Shown here one piece after another: positions 52,041-64,000 of a stretch of 64,000 nt of DNA. The notes beneath the pieces were generated by a model. That model searched no databases and was not told where the DNA came from. It worked only from the letters and a program-made list of their open reading frames with translations. Made by a program: the position numbers and the translations under genes. The stretch comes from Mobula hypostoma (Eukaryota): the NCBI RefSeq assembly GCF_963921235.1, contig NC_086097.1, positions 244,902,001 through 244,966,000 of the forward strand, read 5' to 3'. How positions within the stretch are numbered: the stretch's first letter is position 1; every line of letters begins with the position of its first letter.

Positions 52041-52319
52041 GCTAAATATGGCCATCAAATTTCATTTCAAAAATTGCCTAGTAATTAAAACTGTTAATAT
52101 GCCTAGGATCCCCTCATTTTCCCTCTCATTTCAGAGCTTGTTGCTGTTCAGATAAATCAGAAGCGTAGTTTCTGTTGTGGCAATTCGGAACCATATTTTG
52201 TGAGATCAGTTTCAGTTTTGTGCTTTCCAGTGCTACATTTGCTAAAACACATGGAGTGTAATCAACCATAACCCCTGCAATAAGACTTTGCCAATTCATA
52301 ATTTTCATCTTTTAAGCAG

Positions 52320-52476
52320 TGCATTTAACTATGATGCAGAAAACATGAACTCAGAAGAAATATACTGCTCTCTTCGAGGTATGTCTGAAGCAATCCAGAA
52401 CTTCAGTCTCCTTAGTCAAGAAGAAATGAATGAACCTTTGAGGCGAGATGCTAAAAAGGAAGAGGATCTGGAGCAG
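52320..52476 (+). CDS. CLASP2: CLASP2 coding exon: (S)AFNYDAENMNSEEIYCSLRGMSEAIQNFSLLSQEEMNEPLRRDAKKEEDLEQ
   Basis: ttttAAGCAG|T GCA to CAG|GTAACT, 157 nt, phase 2 to 0. Confidence 0.95.
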
Positions 52477-53200
52477 GTAACTTTTGTGTATTTCTATAAT
52501 TTTGCCTTAATGGATACCAACTTTGGGAGGATATTTCTTAACTATGTGCAGATCAGGTAGTGCTTTCCAATCCTTCCCTTTCTACCAACTGACTGAAAAT
52601 GGAATGAATGCGCTAAGACCATTGGTCTTGAATCAGTTCTTCCTACTTAATGGATAACGTTGAGCTGGAAAAATGGTAGAAGTGCTTCAATAAAAGATGA
52701 AAGGTTCAAAGGTTCATTTTTATTTTCAAAATATGTATGCAGAATACAGCAGAGATTTTTCTTCTCCGGATAGCAGTACCATACAGAAAAACCATAGAAG
52801 TAGTTGAAAGAAAAGACGTCAGTCTCCCCGCACAAAAAAAATTAAAACTTGCAAACCACAAACCCCACCTAACCCCTCCCTTACACAAAAGCTAACAAAT
52901 AGCCTATATGCAACAAGAACCTCAAACCCAAACCCTCAGCCTGCCAATCGGCAACAAGAAAGAAAGGGCGAGAACACAAAAAAAAACATAGAACTGAATG
53001 AGGCCAGTGTGAACTACATTTAGTTTGAACTGCAGTCCAATCCATAAATCTCAGAGTTTAGTTAACATCTCCAAGAGCATCAGATACAATAGACACCGTC
53101 TACGAGTGGGGAAAATGATCCAAGGTTTCCAGCCTGAAGTTATCAACGAAGAAGCTCTGATAACGGATTTGTTTCATTATTGTGTCTTTCAACACAGAAA

Positions 53201-53716
53201 CACACTCGCTGGCTATTTTATTAGGTAACCTGTACACCTGCTCATTACTGCAAATATCTAATCAGCCAATCACGTGGCAGGAACTCAATGCATAAAAGCA
53301 TGCAGACATGGTCAAGAGGTTCAGTCATTGTTTGGAGCAAACATCAGAATGTGGAAGAAATGTGATCGAAGTGACTTTGACGGTGAAATAATTGTTGATG
53401 CCAGATGGGGTAGTTTAATTATCTCAGAAACTGCTGATCTCCTGGGATTTTCACATACATTATTCTCTAGAGTTTACAGAGAATGGTGCAGAAAATAAGA
53501 CATCCAGTGAGCGGTAGTTCTGAGGGTGAGAATGCTTTGTTAATGACAGAAAAGCAGCAGAAGCTCAAATACAACAGTGATGTGCAGAAGAGCATCTCTG
53601 AAAGCACAACATATCGCATCTTGAAATGAATGGGCTATAGCAGCAGAGGACCACAAACATACACTCAGTGAACACTTTACTAGGTATAGGAGGTACCGAA
53701 TAAAGTGGCCACTAAG
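53201..53716 (+). mobile_element. Non-autonomous Tc1-like element
   Basis: CACACTCGCTGGCTATTTTATTAGGTA at the left end and AATAAAGTGGCCACTAAG before TATA at the right. Residual HTH peptide SLIISETADLLGFSHTLFSRVYREW. Confidence 0.75.
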
Positions 53717-53779
53717 TATAAAATCATTGATGACATTGGTGAGACTACACATTATATTTGGTGAATGTTAGTCTCCTCA

Positions 53780-54082
53780 CCTCAGGAAGGATTTATTTTC
53801 AAGGATGTACGACATGAAGTTCAACTTTTCACACAGTCTGGGGATGTGCTGGGGACTGCCTGCAGGTGTGGCTATGCTTTCTGCGCCAATATGGCATGGC
53901 CACAACTTACAAATCTTAACCCACGTGTCTTTAGAATGTGGGAGAAAACCAGAGTACCCAGAGGAAACTCATGCAGTCGTGGGGGGGAGCATACAATTCC
54001 TTACAGACAGTGGCAGGCAGCATTGAACCTGGATTGCTAGTGCTCTCATAGTGTTACACTAATTGCTACATAACCATGCCAT
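53780..54082 (-). mobile_element. V-domain SINE-like element
   Basis: TTAGAATGTGGGAGAAAACCAGAGTACCCAGAGGAAACTCATGCAGTC is the reverse of the V-SINE core. A reverse B-box-like TTGAACC is at about 54023. Confidence 0.65.
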
Positions 54083-54531
54083 CCGATTTCATGCAATCCT
54101 GAAATGGGACAACAAATTCAGCGAGTCAATTTGCAAGTTATATTGGAGATTGCAGAATTCCTCTTTTAACAACATAAGCTTAATTTTAAATCTATAATTT
54201 GCCACGTAAATTCATGTAAATACAGGGAGAGCTCGCTAATTGGATACAAAATTCGCTTGATGGTAGGAAGCAGAGAGTGACGGCAGAAGTTGTTTCTTGG
54301 ATTGGAGTCCCATGATTAGTGGCATGCCTCAGGTCAGTGCTAGGCTCATTCTGTTTGTCATCTGCAGTATATTAATGATTTGGATACAACATACAAAACA
54401 TAATTAGTAAGTTTGCTGATGGTATAGTGGACAATGAAGAAAATTATCAAAAATTACAAGGGGAAGTGGTTCTTGATCAGCTGACTAAGTGGCCCAGGGA
54501 ATGAGAAATGGAATCACAGGTAGGTAAGGTG

Positions 54532-54534
<3 letters not shown>

Positions 54535-54564
<30 letters not shown>
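54535..54564. repeat. (TG)n microsatellite
   Basis: Directly visible TG run. Confidence 0.95.
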
Positions 54565-54566
<2 letters not shown>

Positions 54567-56834
54567 AGTGTGAGTTATATATACTGTGTATTGCACCTTG
54601 GTCCAAAGGAATGTTGTTTTGTTTGGCAGTATACATGTGTGAAGTTGAGTGACAATAAACTGAACTTGAATCTTTGGATGAAGTTAGATGGCATAGATTT
54701 AGGGTAAGGGGGGAAGAGATGTAGAGGGAATTATGAAGGGGTCCTTCTTCACCCATACGCTGCTGTGCACCTGGAATGCACTGTCTGAGAGAGTGGGTGT
54801 CTGAACATCATTTTGCAGTAACAAGCATCACAATGAGCATTTGAATCACTTCAGCATGAAAAGCTCTGGATCAAATAATGGGAGATGGTGCCCACTAGTT
54901 AGCATTAACAAGTTGGGTTGATTGGCTAGTTAATGCAGTTATGAAGGAGGCATGCCAGTGGCTATATTTCATTAGGAATTTCACTCATCTCTATTTCTTT
55001 CTTCTAGCTGCCCTGGAGTAACATCAGCCTGTTCTCTAGTCCTTTCCAAGTGCTTTTTCTGCAGTGGGTAGTTGATATTGCACTTCCAGACGACTCCTAT
55101 AGAGTCATAGGGAGACACAGAACAGAAGTAGGCCCTTTGATCCACTGAGTTCATGGTGACCATCAACCAGCAGCATAAAATTTTCCCACAATCCCACAGT
55201 GATTGTGGGAAAAACTGATCTTGCAGCATCCTTTGCAATATGATGTAAATGTTAAGAATTCTGTCTAATTTTTCTGTCAGGGTGAAATGTCAATAAATTT
55301 GGAAGTTTTCAAATTAAAGTGGAGCTGATCATTATTTCTGGGCAATTCTTGATTGCTAGTTATTATTGAACACAGTACAATAACAGAAAAATCCACTGAG
55401 CATGAGCTTGGCACTTTTCTCCACCAAATGTAAAGTTCACAGTTCCCACAAAAGCATAAGAAGCCTTTAATTTATAATCAAACTCTACTTGGTTGAATTC
55501 TGATTTTGTCCAACAGTGAAGCACAAACTAGCTGTAACTTCTTCAGCTGTAATACTGGGGCATCAGACGGTTGAACAATGAATGACAAAATGCTGTAGGA
55601 ACTCAGCAGGTCAGGTGCCATCTATGAACAGTTGCCCTTTCGGGCTGAGCCACATGTAAACTCTGGCAGAGAAACAGCAAGCCCACTATTCATTTAAATG
55701 GAATGGAATCACTGCTAGGGAAAGAGAAGATATGATACAGATTTTTGGATCAATTGACTTTTAATTCTGAAATGATTTGAAGTTTTTTTTTATCAGATTA
55801 GGGTTGTGAGTGGAGTAACAGATAGAAAGAACAAGGAGAGCAAAGCTACTAAATTGTAGAGGAAACCTGGGAACTTCAGTGTGGAGAAAAAAAGTTTTAA
55901 AAAATTGTTTCTACTGCTTGCAAATCATGAACGGAGAATTCTTGGAACACCCAAAGAAGAGAGGCAGTGGAGGATTTTTGAACTTGGTGGCTCTGAAACT
56001 ACAAGAAAGTTTGCTACTGGTGGCTGAAGTTAGAGAAGGGGGAAAATAAATTGTTATATAGGGGTTGGATTAATTGCTTGGAAAGGATGAATGTGAAAGT
56101 GTCTGGGTACATGGAAAGGGGAATAGAAATAAACACAAGTAACTACATTGGCCAAATGTCCCACTCTCTTTGTACTACACTTTTCCATTTATTGAAAATT
56201 CTCATTTATTGAATCCAAATCTGGTGAATGCTAGATAAATGATGGTGCTACAGTGAAAGTGGGACAATGTGTACCTCAAAACTTGTTACATATATCAAAC
56301 CCACTGCCCTCCGCTTACTGAATAGGTACTACTAGTAAGCTGACATTGTGAACAAAAATTATAAAATGTCCCCAGGTTACGCCAACGTGTTCCATACCAA
56401 GTGAGATGTTTTGAAGTTTAAATGTATGTACAAAATATGGCAGCGAAGTTTTATACAAGCTCTCAAAAAGATAATGTTGCTAATGACTTGATCATCCGTT
56501 TAATAAACAGATTTAATACCATTGTAGAAATCTAACTCACCCTTTATAAGAGTAGCCAGTACTTTGGTTTAAATTCTAATGTGAAAGAGCATCTCCATTG
56601 TTCACAGTAGCACACCAGTTCAGAGTCTTTATTTTTAGGCTTACCTTTCTGTAATAGGATTTGAAGCACAACTTTCTAACTGTATTGAGAGGGCTACCAA
56701 CTTAACCCACTGTTTCCAAAATAAACCATTTCGTTTTGAAGAGAAAGAGAAAAAATGGGTATGGAAGGCCAATAGTGTGAGGAAAGGGGAAAATATTTTA
56801 CTAATAGTTCTTAATTTCTACTTCTGCTCAATAG

Positions 56835-57054
56835 GTCACTGCTGGAGCTGCTGACATTAGAGGAGGTGGTGATGCCACTGACTTAGGACGAATTGCCCTT
56901 GACAATAAAACTTCAATGTTAAACACCATGTCCCATCGTAGCAGTTCCCGACCGCGTGATTATCATCCCTACAACTATACAGATAACATCTCTGTTAGTA
57001 AATCGGCCTTAAAGGAAGCCATGTTTGATGATGATGCTGAACAGTTTCCTGATG
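56835..57054 (+). CDS. CLASP2: CLASP2 coding exon: VTAGAADIRGGGDATDLGRIALDNKTSMLNTMSHRSSSRPRDYHPYNYTDNISVSKSALKEAMFDDDAEQFPD
   Basis: ctgctcaatAG|GTC to GAT G|GTAAGT, 220 nt, phase 0 to 1. ALDNK, RDYHPYNY and KSALKEAMFDDDA.QFPD are CLASP2-like. Not in the ORF track. Confidence 0.95.
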
Positions 57055-57409
57055 GTAAGTAGCAGATCTATTTCATTAGTAAGTATCTTCGTTCTAAAAT
57101 AGCATAGTTTACTCAAGCCCACTATTTTATGCTTATTTTAGTATTTTTTATCTATTACTTTGATTATTTGCCATGCCATGAGTTTTAAAGTAATGTAAGG
57201 TGGAAATGCTTTAACTGGAAAACATCTGTTTTGATCTGTTGCACATCAGCAATACATGTGGTTCACATGCCTTTTGGTCATTGTCCCTTTACATTGGTAG
57301 CACAGCGCAAATCTGATACAGTGGACCTTGATATTTAAATCACCAAGATTGTTAGCATATTTTTAACAACCCTGCATGCGTTCTCATCTATAAATCACTT
57401 CAATGATCA

Positions 57410-57830
57410 GATTTAAAGATCAGCATTTTTGTCACATCTACATCAAAACATGCAGTGAAATGTGTTGTTGCTGTCAAATCAGTGTAGATTGTGATGACAG
57501 CCACAAGTGTAGATCGTGATGGCTGCCTTCAATATAGTATGAGGACAACTAATAACCAACTAACCTGTACATCTTTGGAATGTGGGAGGACCCCGGAACA
57601 CCCAGAAGAAAACCATGCAGTCATGGGGTGAACAAACAAACTCCTTACAGACAGTAACACACATCAAAGTTGCTGGTGAACGCAGCAGGCCAGGCAGCAT
57701 CTCTCGGAAGAGGTACAGTCGATGTTTCAGGCCGAGACCCTTCGTCAGGTTTGTTTCCTTACAGACAGTGGCAGGAATTGAACTCCAGTCAGTAATAGGT
57801 GATGCAGCAAAACCACACTACTGTGTTGCC
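57410..57830 (-). mobile_element. V-domain SINE-like element interrupted by a PLE fragment
   Basis: TCTTTGGAATGTGGGAGGACCCCGGAACACCCAGAAGAAAACCATGCAGTC and CTCCTTACAGACAG, same family as 53780-54082. Confidence 0.65.
57656..57749 (-). mobile_element. 94-nt Penelope-like pLTR insertion containing a hammerhead core
   Basis: Reverse complement reads CCTGACGAAGGGTCTCGGCCTGAAACATCGACT. Flanked by direct repeat TCCTTACAGACAGT (57642-57655 and 57756-57769). Confidence 0.88.
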
Positions 57831-58979
57831 TTTTCCATTTCACAATGATTGCAACAACCTGAGTATTCCACCTTTCTGTGACGTGCAGACTGACCATTAT
57901 TGTTTTCTCTCTCTTTATAAATATGATATAATAAGTTGTGTGATGCCACCCGCCCCAAGACTATTGTTCATCAAAGTCAAAATTGAGCTTATTGTCACTT
58001 GCTCAAGTACAACAGCAGAGGAAAATCTGTGGTAGCATCACAGGCATGTAGCATCACATAAGCAGCCATCACAAAAAAAGAGAAACATGTTAAACATAAT
58101 TTATGTAAGAGTTAACATTTAGAACAAAAAAAGTTTGCCATTTTTGTGTCAAATGGGCCAAATGTTCATAATGTTGCGAAACTGTAGTGATTTTTTTTTA
58201 CCATTTGGTTCAAGAACCAATTCTGTGGCTGTGGTTGTTGGAAGTGAACCATTCACTTGGCATACTGCAGAAGATAGAACATATAGAATAGTACAGTATA
58301 TCACAGGCCCACAATGTTGTGCCGACCCTCAAACCCTGCCTCCCATATAACCCCCCACATTAAATTCCTCCATATACCTGTCCAGTCATCTCTTATCAGG
58401 GCAGTATCCAAGGCCTAGCCATCTTCAGAATACCTCATTAATAATCTTTGTTCCATTCTCAAGTTATCTTAAGTTTTATGATATTGATAAAGAGCAGTCT
58501 CAAGCTTGCAGGGAAGTATTAAATTGAGGGAGGGCAAATTACATAATTATTAGGTACAGGCTGGTTGGGGGGGTGCAGTGGGAGGTGTAGGAGTTTAACT
58601 GGGCAAGTCTGCATTTAGTCTGTAAGGCACGGTTGCAGAAATGACATATTTGGCCCATCAGGTTAGCTCTGCCATTCCATCATGGCTGATTTATTTTCCC
58701 TCCCAAACCTATTCCCCTACCTTCTCCCTGTAACCTTCGATCCTCTTACTAATCAAGAACCTATCAACCTTCACCTTAAATATACAAAATAACTTGGTCT
58801 CCACAGCCATCTGTGCAATGAATTCCACAGATTCACTATCTACGACATTTACCAATTTAAAGACCAGCTGATGGAATGGCCAGACTAGAGTTCAGGACTG
58901 ACCTATTCAGTCAGGAAGAAGGACAAGGATGTCGAGTTAAGGAACCTTGAATGTCGGGAGAGGTTGTGAGTTTAGTCAA

Positions 58980-61900
58980 AAAAAAACAAAAGAGAAACAT
59001 GCAAGGTTTTGAAGCCAAAATCAGACAAGGCACATGAGGCAAAAGGGTGACGAGTACAGGACTGAAGGTGTTATATATGAATGTACACAGTATACGGAAT
59101 AAGGTAGATGATCTGGTTGTGCAGTTAGAGATTGGTAGGTATGAGTCGTGGCCGAAAGAAGATTTTAATTTGGAGCTTAACATTCAAGGATACACATTGT
59201 ATCCTTGATAGGCAGGTAGGCAGAGGAGGTGGGGTGACTCTGGTGGTAAAAAAATAAATCAAATCCTTCGAAAGAGGTAACATAGGACCAGAAGATGTAG
59301 AATCCTTGTGGGAAATGGCAAAGGTAGAAAGACCCTGATGAGAGTTACATACAAGCCTTTGAACAGTAGCCAGGATGTGGGCTACAAATTACAATGGGCG
59401 ATAGAAAATGCATATCAAAAGAGCAATGTAATGATAGTCATGAGGGATTTCAATACACAGGCAGATTGGGAAAATCAGGCTGGTGCTGGATCTGTTGAAT
59501 GCCTATGGGATTATTTTTTAAAGGCAGCTTATGTTTCAGTCCATTAAGGGAACAGCAATTCTGGTTTGGGTGTTGTGTAATGAAACAGGGAGCTTAAGGT
59601 AAAGGAACCCTTAGGAGGCAGCGATCATAATATAATTGTCTTCACCGTGCAATTTGAGAGCGGGAAGCTGAAGTCATATGTATTAGTATTACAGTGGAGT
59701 AAAGGGAACTATAGAGGCATGAGAGAGCGGCTGGCCAAAGCTGACTGGAAAGGGACAATAGAAGGGATGAAGGCAGAACAGCAATGGCGGGAGTTTCTGG
59801 GAGCAGTTTGGAATATGCAGGATAGATCCATCTCCAAGAAGTAGTATTCTAAAGGCAGAATGACACAACCAAGGCTGAGGAACAACAAAAAAAGAAAAAG
59901 GGCAAAAGTGAGTTAAAGGATTCGGAACTTTAAAAATAGAACCAGAGAACACTACAGCATAGAAAACAGGCCATTCGGCCCTTCTAGTCTGTGCCGAAAC
60001 ATTATTCCGCTAGTCCCATTGACCTGCTTCCAGTCCATAACCCTCCAGACCCCTCCCATCCATGTACGTCCAATTTATACTTAAAACTTAAGAGTGAGCT
60101 CACATTTACCATGTCAAATCAATAAAAGACAACTATAAAATGCAATAAGGAGGGAAAAGAAATATGAAGCCAATGATATCGAAGAGGATAATGAAAGTCT
60201 TTTCAAATGTACAAAGAGTAAAAGAGAGGTAAGGGTAGATATCAGACCATTGGTAAGCTATGCTGGAGAAGTAGTGATGAGGGACAAGGAAATTGAGGAT
60301 GAACTAATTAACCATTTTGCATTTCTCTTCACTGTGAAAGACACTAGCATTATGCTGGAAATTTGAGAGTATCAGATTTGGAAGTGAGTTCAATTGCTGT
60401 TATTAGAGAGAAGGTTCTTGAGAAGCTGAAAGGCCTGAAGGTAGATAAGTCACCTGGACCAGATGGACTACATCTATGGGTTCTGAAACAGGTAGCTGAA
60501 CAGATTGGAGAGGCATCGGTAATGACCTTTCAAGAATCACAGATTAGATTAAATTAAACTTTATTGTCATTGTGCCGAGTACAGATACAAAGCCAATGAA
60601 ATGCAGTTAGCATCTAACCAGAAATGCAAAGAATAGTGTTATTTACAAAATAACTGCAAATAAAAAGTAACTGCTACAGCACACAAATATAAAAGTACTG
60701 AGACAGTACAATATGGGTGTAATACTGCTTAGCGCTGTGATGAGAGGTTCAGCAGGGTCACAGCCTCAGGGAAGAAGCTCTTCCTGTGCCTGCTGGTGCG
60801 GGAGCAGAGGCTCCTGTAGCGCCTACCGGATGGGAGGAGAGTAAAAAGTCCATGGTTAGGGTGAGATGCATCCTTGATAATGTTTTTCGCCCTGCCCAGG
60901 CATTATTTATGGTAAATGTTCTCAATGGTGGGCAATTGGGTGCTGATAATCCGCTGGGCAGTTTTCACCACATGCTGGAGTGCTTTGCGGTTTGATAAGG
61001 GACAATTGCCATACCACACTGAGATGCAGTTGGTGAGTATGCTCTCAATGGTACAGCGGTAAAAGTCCGTCCGTATCCTGGGACAGAGGTGAGCTTTCTT
61101 GATGCTCTGCAGGAAATAAAGGCACTGTTGCGCCTTTTTGATCAGGATAGAAGAGTTCAGGGACCAGGTGAGATCCTCAGAAATGTGGACACCAAGGAAT
61201 TTGAAGCTTGATACACTCTCCACTACAGCTCTGTTGATGTAGATGGGGACGTGAGTGTGGCTCCTAGCATGCCTGAAGTCCACAATGATCTCCTTTGTCT
61301 TCTGGGCGTTAAGGGCCAGGTTGTTGTCGGCACACTATGCAGCCAGGTGCTGGACCTTGTCGCTGTAGGCCATCTCGTCATCCCCTCTGATCAGACCAAC
61401 CACCGTGGTGTCATCTGCGAACTTGATTATGGAGTTAGAACCATGTAGAGGAATGCAGTCATAGGTGAAAAAGGAGTACAGAAGAGGGCTCAGTACACAG
61501 CCTTGAGGCATGCCGGTGTTCAGGGTGAGAGTGGAGGAGGAGAGGAGATGGTTCTGGAGGACTGGAAAATTGCAAATGTCACTCCAGTCTTCAAGGAGGG
61601 AGGAGTCAGAAGAAAGTAAACTATAGGCCAGTTAGCCTAACCTCAGTGGTTGTGAAGATGTTGGAGTCAATTGTTAACTGTGAGGTCTCAGGCTACTTGG
61701 AGGCACATGATAAAATAGGCCAAAGTTTCCAGAAGGGAAAATCTTGCCTGACAAAGTCGTTGAATTTATTTGAGGAAATAACAAGCAGGATAGATTAAGA
61801 AGATGTTGTTTACTGGATTTTCAGGAGGCCTTTGACAAGGTGCCGCACATGAAGCTGCTGAAGAAGATAAGAGCTCATGGTATTACCGGAGAGATATTAA

Positions 61901-62840
61901 GATGGATAGAGTATTGACTGACTGGCAGGAGCCAAAGGTGGAAATAAGGGGAGCTTTCTCTGTTTGGCTGCTGGAGGCTAGTGGTGTTCCGCAGCAGTCT
62001 GTGTTGGAAGCACTTCTTTTTACGCTGTATGTCAATAATTTGGATGACGGGGTTGACGGCTTTGTGGCCAAGTTGTGGATGATAGGAAGATAGATGGAGG
62101 GGCAGGTTGTGATGAGAAAGCAGAGAGGCTGCAGAAGGACTTAGATTAGGCGAATGGGCAAAGAAGTGGCAGATGGAAGACAGTGTCAGGAAGTGTATGC
62201 TCATGCACTCTGGTCGAAGGAATAAGAGAGAAGACTTTTATAAATGGGCAGAAAATTCAAAAATCCGAGGTGCAAAGAAACTTGAGAATCCTCGTGCTGT
62301 ATTCCCTGAAGGTTAACTTTCAGATAGAGTTCGTGAGGAAGACAAATGCAATGTTAGCATTCATTTTGAGAGGACTAGAATATACTGAGTCTTTATAAGG
62401 CATTGGTCAGACTGCACTTGGAGTATTGTGAGCAGTTTTGGGTCCCTTATCCGAGAAAGGGCATTGTTGAGGGTTCAGAGGAGGTTCATAAGAATGATTA
62501 CAGGAATGAATGAGTTGTCGTTTGAGGAGCGTTTGATAGCTCTAGGCCTGTACTTGCTGGAATTTAGAAGGATGAAGAGTTGTCTCATTGAAACCTATCG
62601 AATGTTAAAAGGCAAAGATAGGTGGTTGTAGAGATGATATTTCCTGTAGTGAGGGGGAATCTAGAATCAGAGAGCAGAGCCTCAGAATAGAGGGACATCC
62701 ATTTAGAACTGAGATTAGTAATTTCTTTAGCCAGATGGTAGTGAATCCATGGAATTTGTTGCCACAGTCGGTTATGGAGGCAGGTCATTGGATGTGTTTA
62801 AGACAGAGGTTGATCGGTTCTTAATTAGTCAAGGCATGAA
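58980..62840 (+). mobile_element. Long decayed CR1 LINE with nested insertions
   Basis: APE remnants (59070-59840), LKVDKSPGPDGLH, SGVPQQSVL and LGLYLLEFRRMK. Interrupted at about 59930-60120 (reverse CR1 tail) and at 60545-61545. Confidence 0.85.
60545..61545 (-). mobile_element. Rex1/Babar-like LINE 3' fragment nested in CR1
   Basis: ORF 60903-61283 has VESVSSFKFLGVHISEDLTW, KKAQQCLYFL and FYRCTIESILT. The CR1 sequence (CAAGAATCACAGAT, ATGGTTCTGGAGGACTGG) resumes on both sides. Confidence 0.88.
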
Positions 62841-64000
62841 AAGTTACTGGAAGAAGGCAGAAGTACTCGAGTGGACAATGTTGGTTCTTTGTTCAAGAAG
62901 GGAAATGGGGATCATAGTAGGTCAGTGAGCCTTACATCAGTGGCAAGGAAGCTATTGGAGAGTATCCTTAGAGGTAGGATTTATAAGCATTTGGAAAAGT
63001 GTGGTCTAATTTGGGACAGTCAGCATAGCCTGATTTAGAACTTCTCTTAGTTCCTCTGTTCTACAGCAGTCCCAGGGCCCTAGCATTTCATTCTGAAAGT
63101 CCTGTACATTTTTGTCTTTCCAAAATGTAATACCTTGCACTTATCCGAATTAAACTCCATTTGCCATTCCTCAGCCCACTTCTCTGCAAGTCCTGATAAC
63201 CAGTTTCTCTGTTGACACCACCTATTTTAATGACATATGCATCCTATAATTGCTTGAAACTGAAAGCCATTTAAGTTCTTGTCTAAAATGTGACATGTTT
63301 AATATCTCAAACTAAAGATGATTCAGATCCTGAATTTCAAAAATATGTTTCCCTATTCTCCTGCTGTCAAAGTAAAAAAATGAGTCTACTTGAGAAAAGT
63401 GATGATAATATTTTTTTGACTAGCTGTTAGACATCTTAACTTGCAAAGCTACAGAATGATTACATTATAAGTTGATTATCTCTAGGTTTGCTGATAGTGG
63501 GCGCTACCTACTTGAGTGAATTTATTAATGTTTTGGAGAAATTGGGGAAGGATATTTAGAAACAATATTTCACTGGATAGGCTTCATGAATGCAAAGCTA
63601 GGTTTGTTGTAAATCTACAAAATCTGGTTCTTTCCAGATTTATCACAAGGTCAAAAACAAATTAAAATTTGATCTACGTGTGTTGACATATTAGCACCAC
63701 AAACATTGTAACAGGTAATACTGTGTTGGCTAAACATTTTGTTCAGCAGATGCAGATTTTAAAAGATGGGAGCGCATAAGTAAATGCAGTTCGCTCTCGG
63801 TGTCTCTTCCCTGGAGCTCCTCAAAGAGACTGTTGTATGTTTTTACATTTGTGAAGAATAATAAGGGCTGTTGATTGTAGAATTATTACTGTTCAGTTCA
63901 TTCGTAACTCTTCGTAATGTAAACCTGTGCCTGCATGAAGCAAGAGCTGGAATCACATTCAGGCAATGGCTGACAAGTGGCAGGTAACATTCACACTATT

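Noticed and set aside
21400..52560. ORF-track extensions of the exons (21400-21612, 40672-40977, 52288-52560) as standalone proteins
   Set aside because: Only the segments between AG and GT splice sites resemble CLASP2. The flanking residues are intronic read-through.
55585..55632. Additional minus-strand hammerhead
   Set aside because: pLTR-like remnant truncated before the CUGANGA core, so not a functional ribozyme.
21427..57054. Assignment of the exons to CLASP1
   Set aside because: ESFPNDLQF, MRFTVDQ, KYIETL, TPRSPA.W.SPLTSP and KSALKEAMFDDDA match CLASP2 better as I recall the paralogues. A phylogeny or synteny check would confirm.
63638..63649. TTCTTTCCAG|ATTTATCACAAG|GTCAAA as the next CLASP2 exon (reads D-L-S in the right phase)
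   Set aside because: Similarity ends after three residues, the expected DHSDLVAELLKEL does not follow, the frame closes soon after, and the GTCAAA donor is poor.
1..64000. Prokaryotic systems (CRISPR arrays, operons, defence islands, retrons)
   Set aside because: The DNA has spliceosomal introns and vertebrate TEs. There is no regular repeat-spacer array, and the RT and GIY-YIG motifs belong to LINEs and Penelope-like elements.

Overview
Eukaryotic vertebrate genomic DNA, not prokaryotic. The repeat mix (many CR1 and Rex1/Babar LINEs, Penelope-like elements, V-domain SINEs, Tc1) suggests a cartilaginous fish, probably a ray; this is an inference. The whole window lies inside one large + strand gene, CLASP2. 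Seven GT-AG coding exons (21427-21590, 37819-37897, 40729-40872, 45029-45172, 50810-50916, 52320-52476, 56835-57054) splice in frame into the TOG3 region and the Ser/Pro-rich linker. Start and stop codons are outside the window. Most intronic DNA is decayed, often nested transposons, and most entries in the ORF track are TE fragments or noise. The notable signals are at RNA level. (1) A 3-nt microexon (AGA, Arg; 7476-7478) with a neural-microexon splice architecture in a transposon-free island, plus a nearby 17-nt frameshifting microexon or recursive-splice candidate. (2) A multi-helix structured RNA at the intact 5' end of an RTE retrotransposon (about 1690-1880, minus strand), a candidate self-cleaving ribozyme. 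(3) Intact minimal hammerhead ribozymes of young Penelope-like elements in sense orientation within the CLASP2 pre-mRNA, with an antisense copy bracketing six exons. (4) Two consecutive NAGNAG acceptors. TE boundaries are approximate. Family names and homologue sequences come from motif recognition and memory, not database searches.
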